From NCBI GenBank assembly GCA_020148145.1, contig JAHCRE010000021.1:2538-66537 (forward strand): 64,000 bases of DNA, written 5' to 3'. The position numbers were made by a program, and so were the translations under genes. The stretch comes from Patescibacteria group bacterium (lineage in GTDB: Bacteria; Patescibacteriota; Minisyncoccia; Minisyncoccales; JAHCRE01). Positions 58,585 to 64,000 of this stretch are shown here, piece by piece; within the stretch, counting starts at the first letter, position 1, and each line of letters begins with the position of its first letter. The notes beneath the pieces are model-generated. The model saw only the letters and a list, made by a program, of their open reading frames with translations, was not told where the DNA came from and did no database searches.

Positions 58585-58647
58585 AGGTTCTAACATCGTC
58601 CGTCCCTCGGAGCAGGCTAGTGCTCGGTTCGAGGTGACCGAGCCGCC
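58585..58647 (+). repeat. Degenerate tRNA-3'-end + flank repeat (module alpha), copy R4
   Basis: AGGTTCTAACATCGTCCGTCCCTCGGAGCAGGCTAGTGCTCGGTTCGAGGTGACCGAGCCGCC. Confidence 0.8.
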
Positions 58648-58648
58648 T

Positions 58649-58682
58649 AAAAATCGCCAAGAAGGCGGTTTTTTAGTAGAAT
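58649..58682 (+). promoter_or_regulatory. Hairpin + T-run + TAGAAT -10 box module directly upstream of the ATG at 58689
   Basis: AAAAATCGCC-AAGAA-GGCGGTTTTTT then TAGAAT (58677-82), 6 nt before the ATG. Analogous modules lie at 57221-57252 (TAGAAT) and 61378-61409 (TATAAT). Confidence 0.5.
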
Positions 58683-58688
58683 GGGGTA

Positions 58689-60059
58689 ATGTTTATTAAA
58701 GAAGAAAAAACCAATATTAAATATCTCTTAATTGTAGTTGTTTTAGCTGCCATTGTTGGCGGAGGAATTTTACTTTATGCAAAACAGACCGTAAAAGAGT
58801 TAAGTTTTCTTAGCTACTTCCCAGAGATAAAAAAACCTGAAAAAAGGCCAGAAAAAAAGCCCGTCTATCTTAAATTATTTGAAGAAGTAAGGGAACAACT
58901 AATTTCTAAAAAAACTGATTTTTTGGAAGTTAATCTTGCTAAGATGAAAATAGGGCTTTACAAAAAGGGTCTTATGACAAAAGAGGTTTTTATTTTAACA
59001 AAAGGAGATCCTCAAGGTTGGGGAGGGTCGGCAGCTGGGATATATAAGGTTATATCTGGAAACAAGCTCAGCTTTTCGGTTATTTCAAATGTTTATATGC
59101 CATACGCTCTTCGCTATTACGGGAAGTATTACCTTCACGGAGAGCCCTATTATCCTGGGGGAGGGCAGCTTGATTCTTCAATTTCAGGAGGTTGTCTTCG
59201 TCTGAGCAACGAAGACGCAAAACTCATTTATGAATTAACCGAACTAGATATGCCTGTTTTAGTGACAGATAAAGAGAAGGATCACTATGAATATTCTAAG
59301 CAAAAATTATCCAGGTTTCCGGAAATTTCCGCTCAGAGTTATCTGGTGGCAGACTTGGATTCAGGATATGTTTTTGCCGAAAAGGATTCTCGGAAACGAC
59401 TTCCCGCGGCTTCATTAACAAAATTAATGACAGCTGTAGTTGTAGCTGAGAATATGAATTTAAGAAAACCTATTTTGGTAAAAGAAAAAATGCTTGAAGC
59501 TTACGGTTCTACCGAAGGACTGGAATCCGGTGAATGGTTTAGGGTGGTGGAATTGTTTTACCCTCTTTTGATAGAATCCTCTAATGATGCTGCCGAGGTT
59601 CTTAGTTATTTCTTAGGCAGAGAGAAAACTATCAAACTAATGAACGAGAAAGCCGAAGCTATTTTCATGGAGCAGACAGAATTTGTTGATCCTTCTGGTT
59701 TTGCTCCCGAAAACGTTTCCACGGCCCGAGACCTCTTTTATTTGGTCAGATACTTATTAAATAATCGTCCTCCAATTTTAGAGATTACCAAAGGGAAAGA
59801 GGTATTGAGCTTTGGAGAGGTTGATTTTGAAATTGAAGAGTTATGGAACAAGAATGTTTTTATTAACGACCCAACTTTTGTTGGCGGAAAGACGGGTTTT
59901 ATTAAGGCTTCTAAATACACGGCTGTGTTTATTTTTCGTTTTACCGCTCAAGACGGCACAGAACGTAACATAGTGATTATCCTTTTGGGCTCTGAAAATA
60001 ATGAGACCGATACCCAAAAAATTTACAAATGGCTTCAAGAAAATTATTTCGAAAAATAA
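58689..60059 (+). CDS. Membrane-anchored fusion: L,D-transpeptidase (YkuD) domain + D-alanyl-D-alanine carboxypeptidase (S11/PBP5-like) domain
   Basis: YkuD: YLHGEPY...SGGCLRLSNEDA. S11: ASLTKLMTA (SxxK), SSNDAA (SxN), GGKTGF (KTG). Confidence 0.8.
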   Translation: MFIKEEKTNIKYLLIVVVLAAIVGGGILLYAKQTVKELSFLSYFPEIKKPEKRPEKKPVYLKLFEEVREQLISKKTDFLEVNLAKMKIGLYKKGLMTKEVFILTKGDPQGWGGSAAGIYKVISGNKLSFSVISNVYMPYALRYYGKYYLHGEPYYPGGGQLDSSISGGCLRLSNEDAKLIYELTELDMPVLVTDKEKDHYEYSKQKLSRFPEISAQSYLVADLDSGYVFAEKDSRKRLPAASLTKLMTAVVVAENMNLRKPILVKEKMLEAYGSTEGLESGEWFRVVELFYPLLIESSNDAAEVLSYFLGREKTIKLMNEKAEAIFMEQTEFVDPSGFAPENVSTARDLFYLVRYLLNNRPPILEITKGKEVLSFGEVDFEIEELWNKNVFINDPTFVGGKTGFIKASKYTAVFIFRFTAQDGTERNIVIILLGSENNETDTQKIYKWLQENYFEK

Positions 60060-60180
60060 AAAAGTTATTTTGATTTCTCCAAATAAAACAGAATTTTTCT
60101 CGGGTTTTATTGTGCGGGGAAAGAGGTACAATAATATAAAAATAAAAGGTCGATAGATATAAATTAAAACAAATGAAAAT

Positions 60181-61233
60181 ATGTCTTTTATTATAGAAGG
60201 TAAAACTAACTTAAAGTATATTTTAATTATACTTATTCTGGCCGTCTTGGTTGGCGGGTGGGCTTTATGGTTGTCAATAGAAGAAGAGATTTCTCCTGTC
60301 GAAGAAATTAAAGACGAGGTTTTAACTCTTCTTGAAAATCTCAAACAAGAAACTGGAATAGATTTTTCAGGGATAGAAGAGCTTGAATTTAAGTGGATTA
60401 TTAAGGTAGACCCCGAAATAGGAGAAGAAACTGTAGCTGGAAAAGGATTTGAAGCTGAACGCATATCAAGTGAACAATATGATAGTATTGAACTGTTTTT
60501 AAAAGATAATGGCTTTGAAGTAGATCTTTACAATATAGCTGCTGGCACTATTTCAGAATTAACAGGATATATCAAAGGCAAGACTGTTTGTACTGTTGCA
60601 GGAGGTTTTACCGGATACAAAGAAGCAGAAGGCCAGTGGGTTCCGACTGATACTGATAATAACTGGGACACAACTATCAAATGTGGCAAGGTAGAGAAAA
60701 CCAAAATAGAATACGCAACAGAGGATTGGCAGGTTTATACGAATGAAAAATACGGCTATTCTTTGAAGTATCCTCAGCCCTGTCTTTATGGTCCTTTGCC
60801 AGGTTATTGCAAGCAAAGTCCACCAGAAGAAAGACCCCGGGAATGTCTGTGCTACTTTAATGCTGAAGATCCAAACAACGTGTCTCTGGCAACATTTACC
60901 GGCACAAAATCTGATTTAACCGGTGCTGAATTTGTTGTTTTCCATTCTATTTACGTTGATTATTATAGTCCTCCTGCTGGTACAGACCTGGTTGAATGGG
61001 TTAAAGAAAACTTTTCTTACTATGACGATATTCCCGATGAAATAAATATGGAAGTAGACGGAATACCAGCTTTAAGGGTTTACACTCCTTTTTCAGGAAT
61101 GGCCTGGTCTCAAGAAGATATCTACTTTATAAAGAATGATAAACTTTTTAAGATTAGTATGTTAGATGTAGACAACCAAGATAATAGGGCACTGTATGAT
61201 AAAATACTTTTTACTTTTAAGATTTCGGAATAA
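60181..61233 (+). CDS. Membrane-anchored/secreted hypothetical protein
   Basis: N-terminus MSFIIEGKTNLKYILIILILAVLVGGW is shared with 58689 and 63701. No recognisable catalytic motif. Confidence 0.5.
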   Translation: MSFIIEGKTNLKYILIILILAVLVGGWALWLSIEEEISPVEEIKDEVLTLLENLKQETGIDFSGIEELEFKWIIKVDPEIGEETVAGKGFEAERISSEQYDSIELFLKDNGFEVDLYNIAAGTISELTGYIKGKTVCTVAGGFTGYKEAEGQWVPTDTDNNWDTTIKCGKVEKTKIEYATEDWQVYTNEKYGYSLKYPQPCLYGPLPGYCKQSPPEERPRECLCYFNAEDPNNVSLATFTGTKSDLTGAEFVVFHSIYVDYYSPPAGTDLVEWVKENFSYYDDIPDEINMEVDGIPALRVYTPFSGMAWSQEDIYFIKNDKLFKISMLDVDNQDNRALYDKILFTFKISE

Positions 61234-61299
61234 ATTCCAATAATTCCCTCATCTGTCCCAATACTATCTCTGGATACTTAAACACCTCTTCCTATTTCA

Positions 61300-61370
61300 A
61301 GGTTCTAAAATCGTCCGCTAGACCGAGCATGCGACCGAGAGGCCCTAGGCGTTAGGGCGACCGAAGGGTC
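61300..61370 (+). repeat. Mosaic repeat R5 (tRNA-T-arm-like AGGTTCTAAAATCGTCC + GACCGAG motifs + GCCCTA/TAGGGC hairpin)
   Basis: AGGTTCTAAAATCGTCCGCTAGACCGAGCATGCGACCGAGAGGCCCTAGGCGTTAGGGCGACCGAAGGG. Confidence 0.7.
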
Positions 61371-61415
61371 TCATTTAAAAATCGCCGAAAGGCGATTTTT
61401 TGGTATAATAAAGGA

Positions 61416-62006
61416 ATGAAAACTAAAGTTTTAATTATTTTAATAATTTTAGTTGGTTTAACAGGGATTTGGCTGGGCTTAAGATTTATAATTGACAAAT
61501 CCAAGCCGCTAGAGCCTATTGCCTGCACAATGGACGCAAAACTCTGCGCGGACGGTTCTTATGTCTCTAGAATTCCGCCGAAATGCGATTTTGCGCCGTG
61601 TCCAGAAACAAAAACAATAAAACTTTATTATTATAATTACGAACTGGATAGAGACGAGTGGGGGAATATCGCTTGTAGTAGAAATGGATTGGTGCCGGTT
61701 GAGAGAAAAATTCCAATAACCAAGACGCCGATTCAGGATACTATCAAACTTTTGCTTTCGGGCAAACTTAACGATGAAGAGCGGGCTCAGGGAATCAGCA
61801 CAGAATATCCTCTGGAGGGGCTTTCGTTGAAAGGAGCCTCATTAGGGGAGGGCGTTTTAACGCTCGAATTTGACGATTCCAACAACAAAACCGTTGGCGG
61901 CTCCTGCCGGGTGGGCATTCTTTGGTTTCAGATTGAAGCAACGGCCAAACAATTTTCAGAAGTCCAGCAAGTCCGCTTTCTGCCAGAGGAAATTTTTCAG
62001 CCGTAA
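61416..62006 (+). CDS. Membrane-anchored GerMN-domain-like protein
   Basis: IKLYYYN...VPVERKIP.TK.PIQDTIKLLLSG.L..EE...G.STE.P....L......GVLTLEF pattern. Confidence 0.6.
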   Translation: MKTKVLIILIILVGLTGIWLGLRFIIDKSKPLEPIACTMDAKLCADGSYVSRIPPKCDFAPCPETKTIKLYYYNYELDRDEWGNIACSRNGLVPVERKIPITKTPIQDTIKLLLSGKLNDEERAQGISTEYPLEGLSLKGASLGEGVLTLEFDDSNNKTVGGSCRVGILWFQIEATAKQFSEVQQVRFLPEEIFQP

Positions 62007-62025
62007 GATAAACTATAAGTAAATT

Positions 62026-62400
62026 ATGACCAGAAATAAAAAAATTATCACTATCTTTGTCGCGTTAATTGTTATCGGGATAGTTTTTGTTGTCAGTTAT
62101 TATAAATTAATCAATAAAAACTCGGACGAAGTTATAGAGATAGCACAACAGACAAAAGAAGTTCAGGAATTTTTGAAGAAATATCCTGAAGCAAATCTAA
62201 AAGTAATAATCGGGGATATATTTGACAAAATTGCCTTTGTTGAATATATAGTTAGAACTGAGAAGGAAAGATTAAACTTTTTCATTTATATTGATAAAAC
62301 CACGGGGGAAATAGAAAGGATGGAAATCGCGGTTTTAAATGAGACAGGACTGGAATACAGCACTGACAATATTCTAGGATTTTTATTTAATCAACCATAA
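62026..62400 (+). CDS. Small membrane-anchored hypothetical protein
   Basis: N-terminus MTRNKKIITIFVALIVIG, similar to the ORF at 63036 (MARNKKIIIIATITALVV). Confidence 0.45.
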   Translation: MTRNKKIITIFVALIVIGIVFVVSYYKLINKNSDEVIEIAQQTKEVQEFLKKYPEANLKVIIGDIFDKIAFVEYIVRTEKERLNFFIYIDKTTGEIERMEIAVLNETGLEYSTDNILGFLFNQP

Positions 62401-62411
62401 AATATTTTAAA

Positions 62412-62669
62412 ATGCCAATCACTTTTGATACCGATCTTCTCGGCCCATTCTTATCAGAAAATCAGTGGATTTTTTGGTTGATTCTTCTTTGGACTTTACC
62501 TTGGAAAGGGGTGGCCCTTTGGAAATCAGCCAGAAATAGCCACAAGAAATGGTTTGTAGCCTTACTGATACTCAATACAATGGCTATTTTAGAAATTGTA
62601 TATATTTTCTTCTTTAGCAAGAAAAAGGCACAAAAGTCAGATAATTTAAAATCAAACGAAGTATTCTAA
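62412..62669 (+). CDS. Small two-TM protein (DUF5652-like)
   Basis: WKGVALWKSARNSHKKWFVALLILNTMAILEIVYIFFF pattern, recalled from a family common in CPR genomes. Confidence 0.5.
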   Translation: MPITFDTDLLGPFLSENQWIFWLILLWTLPWKGVALWKSARNSHKKWFVALLILNTMAILEIVYIFFFSKKKAQKSDNLKSNEVF

Positions 62670-62678
62670 CTACACCAA

Positions 62679-62909
62679 ATGAAAATTTCCCGAATAATTG
62701 CAATATTTCTTATTGTCTTTCTGTGCATCTCGGGGATTTCCTTGTTAGTTTCATATTTTCTGTTTAATCCTCACGACATATGTTTTCTTTGCCATCTCAG
62801 GAATTGCGTTTGGGTTTTGTATTTTGGTGTTAATCCCTCCGACTTAAATGGAGATGGTAAAGTAGATACACAAGATGTAAGTATTTTACTAAAACCATTC
62901 ACTAAATAA
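62679..62909 (+). CDS. Small membrane protein with a dockerin/EF-hand-like DLNGDGKVDTQDV motif (possibly a remnant)
   Basis: 76-aa ORF with a single Ca-binding-type repeat at the C-terminus. Confidence 0.3.
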   Translation: MKISRIIAIFLIVFLCISGISLLVSYFLFNPHDICFLCHLRNCVWVLYFGVNPSDLNGDGKVDTQDVSILLKPFTK

Positions 62910-63035
62910 TGAAGTATGGTTATCTTAGCCTAGTCCTTTTGATAATAAGCGGGTCCCGAATCAAGAGCCTTTGCTTTTGAGAAAAAAAAGAATTGCCCTC
63001 GGTTACTTATCTAAAAAATATTTCAAAAGACAAAA

Positions 63036-63218
63036 ATGGCCAGGAATAAAAAAATCATTATAATTGCAACAATTACTGCTTTGGTCGTTATAGTGGCATG
63101 GGCGCCGTGGCTGGATAATCAAATTCTGCACGATAAGGTGTTTCAGGAAAGAGCTAAAATAGATGGAACAATAGATAAATACACTGGTGAGCTGATTTGC
63201 GACTACAATGTGATGTAG
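63036..63218 (+). CDS. Small membrane-anchored hypothetical protein
   Basis: 60 aa, with an N-terminus paralogous to the ORF at 62026. Confidence 0.35.
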   Translation: MARNKKIIIIATITALVVIVAWAPWLDNQILHDKVFQERAKIDGTIDKYTGELICDYNVM

Positions 63219-63320
63219 GCGCCATTTGGCAGATGGGTGGCAAGTTGCGAGGGCGGTTACTATGTAACTTTTTGGGGTAAAATATTATTGCCCTAGGGCG
63301 GTTTTTGATATAATAAAAAT

Positions 63321-63518
63321 ATGGATAATAATCTATCTAAAAAAAGATGGTCAAAAGAAGGCGCGATTATTGGAGCAGTTGTTGGGGCAATTAGTGGATT
63401 TTTAACTGGCTGGTTAAAAGACGAATTCGGGTTTGATTTTTTAACACGACTCTTAATAGTAGTTATTGTTAGTATTATTGTTGGGGGGATATTGTATTTT
63501 TTGCTAAGGAATAAATAA
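63321..63518 (+). CDS. Small two-TM hypothetical protein
   Basis: 65 aa; TATAAT (63309-14) lies 6 nt upstream of the ATG. Confidence 0.4.
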   Translation: MDNNLSKKRWSKEGAIIGAVVGAISGFLTGWLKDEFGFDFLTRLLIVVIVSIIVGGILYFLLRNK

Positions 63519-63612
63519 GTTTTTTACACTTTTTCATTTTAGCTTAAAAACGCCCCGACCGAGGGGCGTTATGGGGCACGTCTAAAAACCGTCAAATTTG
63601 TTCCTGAAACCT

Positions 63613-63663
63613 AGGTTCTAGACCGACTACGGGAGCCCGCCGCCCTGAGAGTTTTTCTCGGGG
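63613..63663 (+). repeat. Repeat R6 (T-arm-like AGGTTCTAGACCGAC + acceptor-like GGGAGCCCGCCGCCC + beta hairpin)
   Basis: ...ACGGGAGCCCGCCGCCCTGAGAGTTTTTCTCGGGG versus R3 GCCGGAGCCCGTCGCCCCGAGAGTTTTTCTCGGGG. Confidence 0.75.
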
Positions 63664-63700
63664 TTTGTTTTGCGGGCGGTTTGAGTTATAATTAGACAAT

Positions 63701-64000
63701 ATGCCTTTTCTTACTCAAGGTAAAACTAGTTGGAAATATATTTTAATTGTATTGATTTTAGCTATTATTGTTGGCGGAGGTATTTTAGTATGGCGGTACT
63801 GGTGGATACCGAAAGAAAAAGGAAAGTTATGCTTTAATGAAAAATATGAGACAGAGCGAAGATATGTTGGTGGCTTTGGGAAATTGATTGATTTAACGCT
63901 CAAGAGTGGCGATAAACTTAGAGAAGTAATTAGAAAAGATGGGAATATTGCATTACAGGGAATTAGTAACCTCACTTGTTTGGAAATGTTGAATATAAAT
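63701..64000 (+). CDS. Partial (3'-truncated by the window) membrane-anchored protein of the GKT..KYILI family
   Basis: My translation is MPFLTQGKTSWKYILIVLILAIIVGGGILVWRYWW..., open to the window end. It is not in the ORF track because no stop is reached. The tracked minus ORF 63715-63975 is its antisense shadow. Confidence 0.55.
   Translation, partial: MPFLTQGKTSWKYILIVLILAIIVGGGILVWRYWWIPKEKGKLCFNEKYETERRYVGGFGKLIDLTLKSGDKLREVIRKDGNIALQGISNLTCLEMLNIN

Noticed and set aside
59841-60464. 207-aa minus-strand ORF spanning the junction of two plus-strand genes
   Set aside because: It is antisense to the well-supported transpeptidase/carboxypeptidase gene and to the next cassette gene, and its translation is low-complexity and Ser/Ile-rich.
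55103-63700. CRISPR array or classical integron (attC) interpretation of the repeat array
   Set aside because: The repeats are kb-spaced, mosaic and separated by full genes, so this is not a CRISPR array. GTTAGGGC resembles the attC R' core GTTRRRY only loosely, and no paired R''/L'' architecture or intI gene is visible. The term integron-like is kept only as an analogy.

Overview
AT-rich (about one-third G+C by eye), gene-dense window with the look of a Candidate Phyla Radiation / Patescibacteria chromosome segment. That placement is inferred from gene content and style, not from any search. TGA is used as a stop codon. Shine-Dalgarno sequences are almost absent, and many genes have a TATAAT box only 6-9 nt upstream of the ATG. 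Core genes: ligA, a SEDS protein, rpoB-rpoC-ftsK, recA, rpsF-ssb-[HNH insert]-rpsR, ychF, a phosphohexomutase, trpS, RNase J, uvrC/uvrA, secG, groES-groEL with a CIRCE-like operator, lemA-htpX, a glycogen cluster (two glgA, GH57, APH-like kinase) and dnaG-rpoD. A two-component system precedes a type IV pilus locus (pilB, pilC, four minor pilins, pilM, two major pilin paralogs). Three tRNAs are present: Leu-CAG, Ser-GGA, and an Asn-GUU gene split by a 258-nt group I intron. Observations worth a second look: (1) Downstream of the intron-containing tRNA, about 9 kb of envelope/secreted-protein genes is punctuated by mosaic repeats derived from the tRNA 3' end, including a perfect 23-bp direct repeat, with no recombinase in the window. 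(2) Two tandem, divergent PvcA/DIT1 (isonitrile-synthase family)-like genes sit upstream of trpS. (3) G+C-rich, highly structured intergenic inserts lie inside operons: SBP/PGI, groES/groEL and pilB/pilC. The first and third share sequence blocks. (4) A 160-bp in-phase octamer repeat tract runs into a pilin start codon. (5) Diverged copies of a gene's own 5' end sit immediately upstream of uvrA, the kinase and the HNH gene. No CRISPR array, rRNA or recognisable transposase/integrase was seen. Every family assignment comes from motif recognition by eye and needs HMM or BLAST confirmation.
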